A stretch of DNA of 64,000 nt, taken from NCBI GenBank assembly GCA_973895155.1, contig OZ316895.1:6096687-6160686 (forward strand), written 5' to 3'. Positions 24,210 through 37,945 of the stretch are shown here, one piece after another; position 1 is the stretch's first letter; every line of letters begins with the position of its first letter. Source of the DNA: Marsupella aquatica (Eukaryota > Plantae > Marchantiophyta). Position numbers and translations under genes: made by a program. The notes beneath the pieces were generated by a model. The model made no database searches, was not told where the DNA came from, and was given only the letters and a program-made list of their open reading frames with translations.

Positions 24210-24808
24210 CACTGGTCCCCTCTCGCCCTCGACCCCGTCGCAAATGCAAGATTTACAACTGAAATAACTTTTGCCTCGAGCCACTTCACGAAAGCAAGGT
24301 CGCAACTCGCTACATTGCTTTACGAGAGCAAACGACGATGGGTGACTGGTCCCCTCTCGCCCTGGATAGGCGCAAATGCAAGAAATCACAACCAAAATCA
24401 CTCTTGTCTGGATCAAACTGACGAAAGCAAAGGTCGCTATTCGTTACATTGCTTTGAGAGAGCTACTGTAGAGAAGTGCAATGGCCCGCCCGTTTGCTGA
24501 ATGTGCACCGTAACGGCATGCGCAAATGCAAGAATTACAACCAAAGTCACTTTTGTCTGGAGCAAATTGACGAAAGCAAAGGTCGCTATTCGTTACGTTG
24601 CTTTGAGAGAGCTCGAGAAGTGCCAACAATTTGCTGAATGCGCACCATAAGGGCATGCGCAAATGCAAGAATTACAACCAAAATCACTTTTGTCTGGAGC
24701 AAATTGACGAAAGCAAAGGTTATTCATAACATTGCTTTGAGAGAGCTACTGCAGAGAAGTGCAACAATGGCCCGCCCGTTTGCTGAATGTGCACCGTAAC
24801 GGCATGGG
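24210..24808. repeat. Tandem repeat, ~4 units of ~135-150 bp, upstream of WDR35
   Basis: GCAAATGCAAGA...GACGAAAGCAAAGGT...ATTGCTTT recurs at ~24240, 24373, 24522 and 24659. Confidence 0.85.
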
Positions 24809-25411
24809 CAACCCTCTGCTTCCAAACCCCGATTTCAGTTGTCAGCATTCTGCAGTGGATGGAGAAGATGAGGAGAATTGAAGACGCATTTAGGGAAGAA
24901 GAAGTGATTCACACGATCCTGTCAGTCTAAAACCTTGCAATAAAGGCATGATTTCCATCTGTGTCCACACGGTACCGCATTCAGGGAACCAGATAATTTT
25001 TCTGCCTTGAAAAATCAGAAGAATTCCATTCAAGTGGTCAGAAAACAAAAAGGGGGCCCCAAAACGGGACCACCCACGGGGACCAAAGGTCAATGTGCTA
25101 AAACCACCCGTGTCCATATAAAACAATACTTTTCATATTTTTCTCCTCCAGGGTGATACTTTGCTCCACAATTTCAAGAAAATGGTACTAAAAATGGTGA
25201 AACCTGGTGGATCCAGGTTTTGCCTGAAGAGCCTGAACCAGGCAAGAAGACCCAGGAGGCTACCAAACAAGAGATTTGGAAACTACCAAAGGAGCAACAC
25301 ACTCCCAAAGATCGGCCAGTGTTTGGGAGCTGCGAGGTCCCTTCTAGTGGATCCGTGATAGTCCGTGATACCCTAAAGATTCCTCTATCAGTCTAGCGGT
25401 AGTAGTGCAGC

Positions 25412-25790
25412 TTAGAGACCTGCAAAGGATGGATCCTCATGGCGGGTGTGGGGGCACCGGTTGGGACTTGGAGTGTGTCTTCTTGTATTCTCCAAAGGCC
25501 ATCCCAAGTGCCATAATCCCTTGAAAATATATTCATGTTGTGTCTCACCATAAGTAGTCTTCCCTACCCGAATCCTGGCTCGATGCCAGGCCCAATTGCA
25601 TCTGAGATAAATGCCCAGCCAACTCCATATTTTCCGGATAACCCCTTCTGGATTAGGGCGTGTGTGCTTGATGAAATGTGCACAGCAATCCTTCCGGATG
25701 TGCCAACAAGTGAGCGCCCTGAGAAGGTGCCAGAGTTTCTCAGGTATGTCCCATCCATCCCCCACGAAGATTTAGACTAACCTATCAACT
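25412..25790 (-). mobile_element. Decayed L1-type LINE ORF2 C-terminal fragment
   Basis: Translation KLWHLLRALTCWHIRKDCCAHF resembles the W..W..RN..F motif near the C-terminus of plant L1 ORF2. The surrounding DNA is CpG-poor. Confidence 0.45.
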
Positions 25791-25806
25791 ATTACATCTG
25801 GTGTAA

Positions 25807-26242
25807 GAGCATCTCCAGAGGTTTAGGGGTGAATGACAGGTTTAGGGGTGAATGTCCTCTAAACCCAAAATGTAGCCCATCATTGGAGGCCTATAAGTTA
25901 AAAAAGCACTCATACTGAATTCAGCCACCACTCGTGCTTCATCCCTCCAAAATGATTTGTTGCCCATGCCTAGTTCAAAATCTCAAACATATCCAGGATC
26001 TTGTGACATGTGGTTGAATCTTTTATGTAAATGTAAATAGAGGTCAAGATAGAGGTTCTCTCCTGGTTGCCATTTCTGTTAAATACTGCCATTTCTATTA
26101 AATACGGAGGTGGGTGCTGTGAAAATTATGGAGGTTGACTGCCATTTATTTAGGGATAGGGGCTACAGCTGGGAAACCCTCTTAAATCAACCCCTAAATG
26201 CTCTTTTAGAGGTTACAGGTGCATTCAACCCTGGAGATGCTC
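25807..26242. mobile_element. PIF/Harbinger (Tourist-like) MITE, 436 bp
   Basis: Perfect 12-bp TIR GAGCATCTCCAG ... CTGGAGATGCTC flanked by TAA (25804-25806) and TTA (26243-26245). Internal direct repeat AGGTTTAGGGGTGAATG x2. Confidence 0.8.
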
Positions 26243-28074
26243 TTACATTATACCATACTGCCATCACTTTATCAAAATTGTGGGTTCCTACAATACGAGC
26301 AAAATTTGATATTCAAACTATGGGGCATGTGGACTGGATATGGCCAGCCTTTCCTAATGCATAGGTATTCAGGATAGTAGTCTGACTTATCTGTTTGACA
26401 AATAAAGCCATATGCAAACTAAGATAGGATTTACAGCCTATCAATGGTCTAGACTGAAGCCACTAGACCGTGATTTTGGGGGTGCATCCAAAGTTGAGGG
26501 GTGGAATGTGAAGTGAATGGATGCAGAGTAGGTCACGCCTCTACTAACGTTCAAAGACAAAATTAATATTGCTTGGAAGCTGACTTATCGACTGATGGTT
26601 GACACAATTATTATCCTTGTGGGATTGAATGGCTCGCCAATGACAAAGTGACTCACTGTTAACTATGACATTGGTTTGATGAGCTTTCATAATCTCTCTT
26701 CTCAGATAATTGTGTCCCATTTTCACGTAATTGTGCAGAGAATACTTCGTTTGCTATTCTGGAGTAATTATGGTGTTTTGTGCAAAAGATCATAGCATTG
26801 TGTTGTTGAAAAGCTTTCAATCAGGGCTAAGTTGGAAGATTACATGTACCCTAGTGCAGAATAAAACAAGAGGACAGTGGGGAAGGGTAGAAAATGCCCT
26901 GATAATCAGTGAAGTGTAGCAATGAGATTTGGCAATGGAGGAATAACTATTGCAACAAACCAGAGAGCGCTAGAGAGGACACTATGATTGTGGCCCTCAC
27001 AAAAAGTACCATTGATATCATGAGAACTTACATGATAGTCATTTTCCCATTCTCTTCATGCTCTTTCCATGTCACGATGGACAAAAGATCCCAAGATTAT
27101 CTAAAAATTTGGAACAGGACTTGTTTGTTGTCTTGTGCTACCCTGGCAAGTTTCACAATAGCTCATTGATTTCTTGAAACATGGTACACACAGACAGTTC
27201 AATAATGCCATGATAATCAGGTGACGCTAGCAAAGAGATGTGACGATTCAAAAATGACTATTGCAAAACAGTCTGAAGAGCGCAAGCAAGAGGACAGTGC
27301 CACATTGTTTGGACCTCACGGAAAGTACCATAATTATCATGATAACCAACATGATGCCATTTCCTTCATACTCTCCATGGAATTCCTCCTCAACTAGCTT
27401 GTGCAGCCTCAAACAAACAAATTAAAGAGGTTGAAGATTGAGCTAGCTTGTTGTTCACTGCCACATCAGTTGACAGCCAAACTTGAAGTCCTATAGGAAA
27501 GATGAGAACTCAAAAATGAGTCCATGAGGGAGCAGTGTGATGGCAATCTATATAAAGTGATCTTTTCTCATTTGGCTACTGCTTTGACACCGCTCTGACA
27601 CTATTTCTTCTTACATTCTAGCCATTGTTATCCTCAATGGAAAGTGCTTTTGGAATGCTTTCCCTCCTCAAAATTCTTTATGTTCAAAGTTTCATATAGT
27701 GATCAAGTCGTAGCAATCTACCTCTCTGCAGCTGACCAGGTGATCTCGTTTTGCCATTAATAAGTGCTACAAGGAAAACATGAACATTTCAAAGCCTTTA
27801 TCAGATCCAAAACCCAAGATCCTATACAAAGTCATCATTGCTGAATGACAATAATTAACAATTAATTTCTCTTTCTAACCTTGATAAGCAAACAAAAAAG
27901 CACAAACATTTGTAATCATTTTCACTGTCATATATTGTATTGAACTCATTTCTAAGTTCTAGAATTTCAACGTCCAGGTATATATGAGAGGTGTTTGTGT
28001 AATATATCTGACTTATAATCTAATCTCACAAATGTTGGTTGCAGTCTCTTGAACAACACCACTAGTCAAACAAA

Positions 28075-31000
28075 ATGTCCAGATTTATCAATAAATTTGG
28101 AATAGTCCTTCTCATTCTCATAGTACATATGATGAGCGCGGAGGCATGGTTTGAATGGTTTCGTGTACCTGGAGATAAGCGGAAGGAAGATTACAAAGTA
28201 GAGCAGGAGGATTCAAGGACAAAAACTACTTCAGTTAGTACGCAAAAATATGTCTTTGACATAGAGTCTCCAGTAATATTGAGTGGAGGAACACGGGCAA
28301 AACAATTATATGAAAAGAGCATTGGGCTTTCAAAGGAAAATTCTTGTTGGCAAGAGGCTTATACTAGTCTTCAATCAACTTGTCGTGAAATCTTGAAAGA
28401 TGAGACCCACAAGTCGAGACTGGCATTGAAGTTGACAAATTGTTTTTTAAGGACTTCTGGACGTCCCACTCTCAAACAATGTCCAGAAAATTGGCCTATT
28501 GCAAGCTGCGTGAAAGAGTTGGACAACCACAATCATGCTGTATTTTTGGCATTTTACATCGACTCTTCAGCCATGTGTCATTATCTACAGTATGTTTTAT
28601 TTTAATTATAATTCTAATAATCCAAGGGTATAGCAATCTACAATGTAGAACATTATTTGTCTGAATTATGCAAATGGTGCTAATGTGAGATTATAATTTA
28701 TGCAAAAATGGATGTGATTATTGTGATCATATGCCCTCTAATTGCACATTTGTTATCATGTAGGAGTCAAGAATTCAAAAAAGAGACAGAGGTGCTTGTG
28801 AATGATTTAAAATTTTCTGCGCAGTTCACCAAGGACAAATTGGACTCAATTTCCAACCAATTGGATGATCAGCACGAAGCTATTGTTGAACGATCAGAAA
28901 ATATATTGAACATTCAAAAAGCATTGCAGATTGAACATGCTCTCCTACAAGAAACTATTAAAGCAGGAATGGGAGATCTTCATGATGCTGCTAGTGAAGC
29001 TCAACAACAACTTGATCTTGTTAATAAATATCAAAAAGCTATAGCTGAGAAGCAACAAGAATTGACCGAAAGCCTTCAGACAGAGTTTTCCAATATTCAA
29101 CATAAAAGTACTCTACTAAGTGGCTCCATGACTACCCTGCATGGGTCAGTAGAGGACTTGACAGATAAATCAATGCGTGGTCAAGAGGAAGTCATAAGAG
29201 GCTTATCGGAACTCCAGCAAATGCAGCTAGAAGGTATTAAGGAGAGTCGAATGTCTGTGGATGCCCTAGTTGAGGAAGCACGACTCCATCAAGAAGAATT
29301 TCGGATTTGGCAGACTGAATTGGATGGCATGCATCATCGCCTAGTTGATGGTACAACAAATATGATTCAAGCTCAAGTATGTAATTTAAAACTTTTAAGG
29401 CAGAGTGAGTAGAGTGATATTGCTCCTTCAATTGGCATAGATAAATGCAATCTAGCCATTGATGACAATTTATGATAACTATACAGTACACACCTAATCT
29501 ATACACAGTCAAATAAATTACTAGTTCTAAGAGAGTAGTCATTTTTATTATTTGCGTCATCATGTTCCAAATCTAAAATGGACAAGTGAATAATATTTTA
29601 GTTAACCTAGTAACCAATTTATCTACAATCTAAAAATAATTACACTTAAAAAAAATCATGGACTTTTAATCATATTCTGGACAAATCTCTTGACAAATTG
29701 GAAAGGTGGATTGTTTTATCAAGATGAGCTCCAACGTACATCTACAAATATTCACTAAACTGGTTTTTATAGCTATCTACTCTTGAATCTACTGTTGTAA
29801 GTATGAGATTGAGGATAATCTTACTTACACTCATTGTATACACGTGTACTGTTTATCATGAAGTTACTCAAAATATAGGTATAAAGCACCACATTCTTGA
29901 CATAATCACTACTCACATGATAAAGCCGTTATATTCAGTCTATTCTTAAAGTTAGATACTTGATAGTTAGATATTACATTAATTTGTTTATCACATATTT
30001 AATTGCGAGCTATCAGCCAGCCTGTGTTGCTCTTCCGTAATATTCAGTTTCTTTCAAATACAAGCTAGACACATCCTGCTATTTAATTAACTTTATTGGT
30101 TTACATTACATTCTAAAAGAGCCCAATCCTAATTAAAAGATTAAGAACAAAGCCAGCTCCAATCATTTTCAAGGAGCTAGCCACGAAGAAATCATCCAAA
30201 CTATTAAGCTAATTGATTCAAGAGCTCAAATTGAAGATGAATGTCAACCTCAACCAACATTACTGAAATTTCACACCATTCAAAAACATGCTAGCACTAT
30301 TGTTTTTGCTACATAGGAATATTGGCAAACTATATATGTAGAGTTACGAAGATCAATAATCATGAGAAATATACATTAATTTTATAGCGATGAGTAATTG
30401 ACATCTTAACAGGATGTGATTGAGGCAAGTTCACTTGATGCATCATGGTGTATTGATCATGTGCCAGGAAACTTTTGTGACCAAGCAAGCTGCAATATTT
30501 ACCACAATGGAAAAACTTTTTTCTTTGCATAATTCTATATTGTTAGAATCTCGAGCAGTGAAAACTTTGATGTTATACTTTGCGTTGTCAATATTTGTGT
30601 ACATGGCCACCACAACAAAGCAAACTGAAAATGCTCGTATTCTTTTATATTTTGGTAAGTGCCAATGTTGATGGCATCTAAGTATTGTCCGTGACATTAA
30701 TTTAAGTCAACTACTACTTTAAGCCTCTTAAAAATAATGCAACTCTCTTTGCATACACAATCCACATAAATTATACATGAACTAGACATTTGCCATTAAA
30801 TGACCTATTTTCCTTTAAAATCTGCACAAATACTTGTGTTTCCAAGATGCATAGGGACTTTTTTTTTAGTATCTAGTTTTTAATTATAAAGCTAAAAATC
30901 TTTAGATCATAAATCGTTCAACCTTGGAAAAGGTTATAAAGCATTTCTTTAAGGAGTTTCTTTGAGTGACTTTGAAGGTCTAGCTACTAACGTTTTTGCA

Positions 31001-32170
31001 TATATATTTTGACAGGATTATTTTTTACTTTGACCTTTGAGATATGGTTGATTCGCTTTCGAATGGAGAAGTTGACTTCTCAAACAATGAGATTGACATG
31101 GCCACCAAAGCAAATTGTGTGGCTACGTTATAGTTATGGTGTTGTGGCATTGGCTTACCTTCTGTTCACATTTTTCAGACATAAGTACATTCACTCTCTA
31201 AGGACTACTACCTTGAGTGACCTTAGAATAAAAAGTTATAGAATCTTAAAAATTTGTACTAGTTTGCAATAAAAGAATTTTTTTGACTAAAAAAGTTAGT
31301 GAGGACCACACACATAGTAAACAATACCTTCTTCTGAAACCTTCTCGGACTAGTGAGACTTTTGTGCTTAAAAATTCATCTGTGTATAGAATGAGTGAAA
31401 TTATTTCATTGACATTATGTTCTAGAGATTTAGGGTTTCTTTTTAAATAGTTGTGTGTATGTGCAAACTATATCTGTCCTGCAAATGATTGACAGACAAA
31501 CAAATAATTATACTCAGAACTATTTGAGCAAAAGAGAACTAATTTTACTTTCATAAGAATTGGTTTTAGGTAAAATGTTTATGTTCTATTTTCTAACTTA
31601 AATCTACACAAAGAGGAGGTAAGTTAGATCGATTGTCATCTTAATTGCATAAGTGTCCTTCTGAACCTTTTGAGGGCTGTTTTGACTTGTGTTTTGTCAA
31701 ATACTAGTAGTCATAGAATTTAATACTAGGTAGTACTGTATTGATGGAACATAACAATTTACTCATATTTGCATAAATTGAACTTTGTTGACAGGGATTA
31801 TGAATATCTGAGTTATAGGATGTTGAAGGATATACATGGAAGATTTGGGGATCAATCTAGGCTTCAAGAAAAGTTACTTGCAGAATACTTGTCTAGGTGT
31901 GAGATGTGCAAAGATATTCCCCAACCCAATGGACGACGCTCCAGACATCATTCACCCCCATTACTTGAAGATACCCCATCCCTGTCATTTGAAGATTGTG
32001 AAAATGAATTCAAGGAAGAGAAAGCAGAGCCTACAACTGAACGTAAAAAACGAGCAACCAGATCTCGGTCCAAAGGACCAAATCGATCGAAAGGAATTAG
32101 CACCACGACATCTCCTACATCTCGATCAAGGAGACAAGTAGTTGTATCTACAAGTACAAGTGGATATTGA
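28075..32170 (+). CDS. GEX1: GAMETE EXPRESSED 1 (GEX1/KAR5 nuclear-fusion family), 5 coding exons, 619 aa
   Basis: Exons 28075-28589, 28764-29376, 30468-30654, 31016-31184 and 31795-32170 join with GT-AG introns to 1860 nt in frame. Signal peptide ending AWFEWF, Cys-rich domain (SCWQEAY...LTNCFLRTSGRP...CHYLQ), coiled coil, hydrophobic TM segments, DYEYLSYRML, basic C-terminal tail. Confidence 0.92.
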
Positions 32171-35100
32171 TGGTTTTTGAAGTTATATACTTGCGTTTAA
32201 TAAGGTATGCAATACTTGAGGCATGGTCTAAAAACTTTTCTTCATAAATACCACTAGTTATTAATACGGCACTAGATTTTTGAGCAAAACAGGCTCTAAC
32301 AATTTTGCATACACTCAACTCACGCAAGCTTACTTTAGTACTGTAAATAAGATACATCTTGAAGACATATATATTACAAGTTTAGCAAGTGATTAATTTG
32401 AGGTTTTGAGAATGTCAAACTCTGCCACACTATTTTGTACTAGGAAGAAGCACCTAAAACCTGCAATATTTTTCTTTGTTATTTTGATACCCCTGAAAAC
32501 GTACCAACTTGGCTATTTGAAATCTAGATATTTTCTTTAATTTGAGTTTAACTTGAAAATGGTTAGTTTTCATCACAACTTGTCCTAATTAATAAAACCT
32601 AGAAGTTTAACTTTCCTTCTATAATTTTCTCAAGTTGCTCTGAGGTCCATGATTCAATTTGGGTAGATGGACAATGTACTAGTAAATAATTGTGTGGCAT
32701 ATGACGCAGCTCTTATGGACACAAGTATTTAGTACCAAAGTTTTGCTGGTATCAACATATAAATCCTTTCAAGATTGACATCAAGAGGTACTTTGCTAGT
32801 TTCTCTTAAAAGCATTTCAGTACATCACCCATCTAGTTAGGATATTCTTGTCAACAATTTAGGTACCAATCTCATCAACATACAAAACATCATTTCTTGC
32901 TGATGAAAGCACTACTACAAACTACATTGAATACTGTACTTTGCTAGCTAGCTCAAGGGGTTAGTTCAAACCTGTCATATTAGTTACTCGCTCATATGCC
33001 AATGACACTGTTTGTCGAGCTATTTGTACAACTTAGTCTTTCCCACATCCAATCAACGTTCTTCATTTATGCATATTTATATAACCATTATCAACATTGA
33101 TTTGCTCACACCTCTGAATCTAATCAGGTCTTGCCGGTTAACTATCACTTCCAGGGTGTGTTGGGCTAGCTATCATGTCCACTGAATTTGGATCAGTGAT
33201 TCTCAGTAATGAAAGGTGTGATCACTAAAACACAGTTCTGTTTTCTATGGAGGGGGATGTATGCTACGCATCCAAGTGATTTTTGTTATCTTTTGAGAAT
33301 CAAGAGTCAGATAGAGTGCCTGAGAAGCCTTGAATCCAAAATTCTTTGAAGTAGAGGGGAGATTTTATTAAAATATTTATAGAATTATAGACTTTTCAAG
33401 ACCTTGTTAATAATTTATTCTAATTTCAAATTTGAAGTGCTACTTGTTAGCTCTGTGATGAGCTTGATACATGAAACAGCAATAGAGTTTGAATAGTTGC
33501 ATGACCAGATGAATTGTTTCTTTTCTTCAAGCATCATTTAATAAAAGAACAAAAAATTGAATGACTGTAATGAATAAGTAACATGTTTGTAAACAAATTC
33601 TGACAATGAAAGTAGAACCTGATCCAATCCTCCACCACACTTGGGTATTTTCTATATCACTAGTGACATGGTATGTTTGTGAAACCTTGATTAGTGACTA
33701 GTGACAAACTCCATGCCCCCTCCCCTTTTCGTGGACATGTTGTGGCACTTGAGAAACCTAATATATGCAGTAATAAATGTGAACATGATGGACATCAGGT
33801 GCCTATCCTGATCTGATGTGGAAGTTTCAAACAAGTGCAAGATATTTTGAATGACTGACTGTACTAGAATTCAACTAAGAAGTGCTGGGTGGTTATAAAA
33901 GGTAACTTACCATTTTACAAAATTTAGATTCATGGACTATTCTGGTTACTTACTCATTTGAAATACATATTGAAATACGGCATCTTAGGAAACACAAAGA
34001 CTAAAACTACAATCTGCATACTTTAGGCACGTATTTAAATGATCCTTGATTGGTCATTATATTCATCTTTCCTAGAAAGCCTCTTGATGGACTTCAGCTT
34101 CTGCTACCAAATTGACTAATGCAACATATATGAGATTAGTTCTCAGACATCAATGCTTACAAATAACCATCTTCTTTGAGAATTCAATATAAATGGCTAA
34201 GGTTCACCAATTAAATTCACCATTTTACACAGCTTCACTTTTGTCACAATCTGGCAGGAGGGACATGCCATGGAGGAGTTTTGGCCAAAAAGGTTGAATT
34301 TGTCAGCCATATATAGTCATGGGCAAGCTTATACATGGGGCCTTCTTTTCATATGAAACGTACTCCAATTGGGTGTCTCCATTTTAACACAAGCTTAATT
34401 ACCTACTACTAGATGTGGTCAAGCTGGATGTGGTGATTTGTGGGGCAACCACACAGGGAAGTGAGGCAATGATTCAGGCAAAGTTCAATTTATGGGCCAG
34501 CTGTTCACTTTGCGTGGGGGTTTAGTGGATAGAGTGTCTTGAGGTACTTGATTTAGAACAGCATCTAGAAAGTAAGTTTAATACAACCTCTTCCCTGCTT
34601 GGTTTGGCACAAATATTGGCCTTGCCTTCCGCTTATGGCTACTTATCTCCTGCAATTAGAAGGAATTATAGAAATACATCAAACTTGTTAACCAGGGGTT
34701 TTCCCAGCCAGCAAGCCAGTTGCATGGACTTCTCAAAAGTAGTTTCCATTCTTTCTATAAATTAAAGTTACGTACTGTATCAGCTGGCCAGGGAAGTCTA
34801 GCTAGCTTTGACCTGGTACGAATCAATGACAACCTCCCCTCTAGAGTAGGGGCTGGTGGGTCTGCTTAATAATCTTCTGGGCTCTCTTATTAGATGGGGC
34901 CCTTGTTTTGGTGTCATGTATAAGGTCTGGTGTGCTTTACATTGGCTCTGTGGTTATGACCCCTTTAGTAGGCTCTGGTATTGAGAGTTAGTTGGCACTT
35001 CCCCCGGTTGCGCTGGTGTATCTCTGTTGGCCTACAGTACTAGGCTGCCGCCTGGCCCCTGGCCTCTGGCGGGCTTTTGGCCTCGTTGGTGCTTGTAATT

Positions 35101-36599
35101 TTGGCTTTCTACTTGTGTTTGCTCTTCTGCGCTGCTATGGCAGTATGTGCTTCCCCCATTTGTGGGGTTTTCACAGAATATATAAAACTTAAAAAAAAAA
35201 TTCAAGGAAATGTGCTGCTCCTTGCGAAATTGGGAACCAGTTTTGTTTCTCATTGTCTTTTTGTTTATTTTTGTTTTCTTGTGCTACTTGTGTCATACTT
35301 CTTGTTCCTGCTCAAGATAGCTAAGGCTACCCTTTCAATTGACTGTGCAATCTGCAATGAAGAAGTGCCCAGACAACACCATTGGGCCTCGCATTGGGCC
35401 AATCCACGTTTATGTATGCAATTTATCCATTGGTTTCCCGCTGCAAAAAAGTTTACTCAATTAAATGTCAGCGGTTGCAGGTTTTAGGCAACAAATTTTG
35501 CGCTTGCTAGCTGGGCCTTACAAAGATGGACTGTCCATGCCAAGTCCAAAATGGACAAAAGTAAGCATGTATACCCAATACACATGGTACATTTGCACAA
35601 TGTATTTAGTATTTGGACTGAGTCTAGCAGTTGGACACCCAACTGTGGTAGAAGATCCTGGGTCCTACCAACAAATTCTTGTGTTATAAGAATTGCAAAA
35701 TTGTAATATTAATATTAAGAACTTCTAACATAAAATCTAGAGAGGGTAGATCAGGACGTCAGTTGGGAGAGAATTGATTGGAACTATCTTGGTCCATTGG
35801 GAGAGAAAACCCCTCCCAGAGGTCCACTAAGTATATATGTCCATACCACTTCAGGAAGTCTGCCAGCATGGCCTTTCTTTGATGAAATGCACACAACATA
35901 TGCGTTATGATTCGGTGGTATTAATCCATCCAGAAAATGTAAATTAAAATTAGAATTAAAGTGGTTTAAGACTAGGGTACTGTCCCTGTTAGAGGCTATT
36001 GTGAGATATTATGCCCACCAAAAGAGGGCTTACTACCCATACCCTATTAAAACACAACTACACATACACAATTAAAATCAATGGCATACACCACCAAAGT
36101 CCGGGAAGCTAACCATAGGAAGCTGAAGTCATCCCTCAATAACTGCACAAAACTTAAGTGCAAAACCTGCTAATTGTAAGGTGTCCAGTTCGTCAGTTTG
36201 CACTGTGTTGCACATATTGTAAGTGCAAACGGGCGAAAACACTTTTGCTGATTGACACTATGTAAGTGCAACCCCTGGTAACTAAACATGGACACTTATC
36301 AATAAGTGCGCAACTCCGTCAAATTACACTTTCTGATTAGTGCATAGCAGTTTAAGCTAAGGCAGCGAGGGAGTGACCAACATATACATGAGTTGTGAGT
36401 GAGCGTGAGCGGAGGAGGAGGGAGGGAGAGGGCTCTCGTGTGGAGTAGGCTTGTGTTCCGACATCGGCCATGGTAGTTCCGACATCGGCCATGGTAGTGA
36501 ACGTGGCGTGACCTCTTGTGTCTTTGGAGAGTATGTTTGTCGTGGATGGAGAGTGGATCCAGGATTCGGGAGGAGAGAGAGCCGAAATCGACAGTGTCT

Positions 36600-36657
36600 T
36601 TCGTCCTGCGCCTGTTCCCTCCTCCTCCGCAGCATCGTTTGTTGACCATCGTATACC
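36600..36657 (-). pseudogene. GDSL lipase last-exon 5' fragment with upstream intron, minus strand
   Basis: ttgcag|GG-YTMVNKRCCGGG resembles the GF.V...CCG.G motif. Paralogous fragments near 38110-38145, 45052-45085, 54095-54133, 56825-56859 and 63652-63688. Confidence 0.55.
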
Positions 36658-37394
36658 CTGCAACCATATATATTGATTTTGACGAAGATTTGGATGCAGT
36701 TAGAATATCACATAATCTGGATTCAATTCTTCAATCCTCACTTGAGCTCGATTCCTTGATCAACACTTCTGAAATCACTGGGAACTTCAAGATCTGCCAG
36801 TTTGTTCTTCAAACTTGCCATGACATTTACTCGGTTCAAGCTAGACCATGTCGAAATGCGAGAACTCTCATCTAAGTAAGTAGTTCCGAAGGCCCGAGTC
36901 TGGCATGGGACAGACATTCCGTGTTTGTGCTTTTGTGAAAGGCTCGAAACGGAGCAGAACCTGGACGGTGTTAGAGATAGGAAGTGTGTCGATCAGTGCG
37001 GGAGAGATAGCAAGGTTGTCTAGTGAGGTTGAATTGAATTGCGATCTTTGCGTAGACACACTAGTTCCAGATTTGCTTCATTTATCGAATTTAGAACCGA
37101 GATTAGCGTCGAGACTTCACGTACGTGCAATCTGTATTGCCTTTCTGGCGTCTACTCGATCATTACGAGCCTGTGTCAGTTTTTTTCACTCAATGTTGTC
37201 CAATCACTGACGTTTCTGATTAGTTCAACTCATCAGTTATGCGAACTCTAACATCTGCATTCAGTGGTCATAGATCGACGTCAGCTGGTGAAATGCATGA
37301 GCATCTATGTCTGCCCTGTTAACATTGATGACATCAGGGGTCTCCACGCGCGACTGCACAAGATGTGCCTACGAGACTATTGTCCGGCCAGTAG

Positions 37395-37945
37395 ATCGCG
37401 GCCTTGCCTATGGATAAGCAAATCACTTACCTCAGACACACTTTGGACGACATCAATCAGCAACTAGGAGATGACGAATTTTGGACGCTTGTGAGCAAGC
37501 CACTACTTTTCGCTAAGATAGGTAACAACGACTTCATTAACAGCTACTTCCTTTCAATAACAATTACCAGCAGGCTTTACACTCGTGCGGAGCTTACTTC
37601 GATTTATTGACAGATTCAATGCGCAGTTGTCGATAAGACTTAAGGCACAACGCTTTTATAATTAGCTGTTCCGAGCGCTCCCACATCGAGATGCCCTTTT
37701 GTTTGAAATATTGCTGCGAGATCATATATACATTATTTCGTGTACTTCAGGCGATTTCTCTTCAGTTTGTTTTCAGGTAGAGTGCACTTCTCTAGCTGGC
37801 AGAATTCCCAAATTAACACATCACGCGGTACTTATAGGAAATGTATTCGTCAGGGTTCCACAAAGTGTTCGTTGCTGGAGTCGGGCCCGTACGTGGGATT
37901 CATTCCTCATCAGTTGGCCATTGCTGAAACGCCTCAATGGGTACA
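37395..37945 (+). pseudogene. GDSL esterase/lipase exon 3-4 remnants
   Basis: PMDKQITYL...FAKIGNNDFINSYF (block III GxND) followed by a frameshifted exon-4 remnant (G.HKVF.AGVGP-like). Confidence 0.8.

Noticed and set aside
24210-24808. CRISPR-like array
   Set aside because: Whole units are repeated, with no unique spacers and no cas genes; plant genome.
26930-27370. Diverged ~130-bp direct repeat at ~310-bp spacing
   Set aside because: Too degenerate; no LTR termini or TSD.
34992-35690. Short ORFs repeated at ~52470-53170 and ~47870-48370
   Set aside because: Frames are not conserved between copies; likely decayed repeat sequence.
36455-36496. 21-bp tandem duplication GTTCCGACATCGGCCATGGTA x2 (also at ~53934)
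   Set aside because: Simple local duplication predating the segmental duplication; no function evident.
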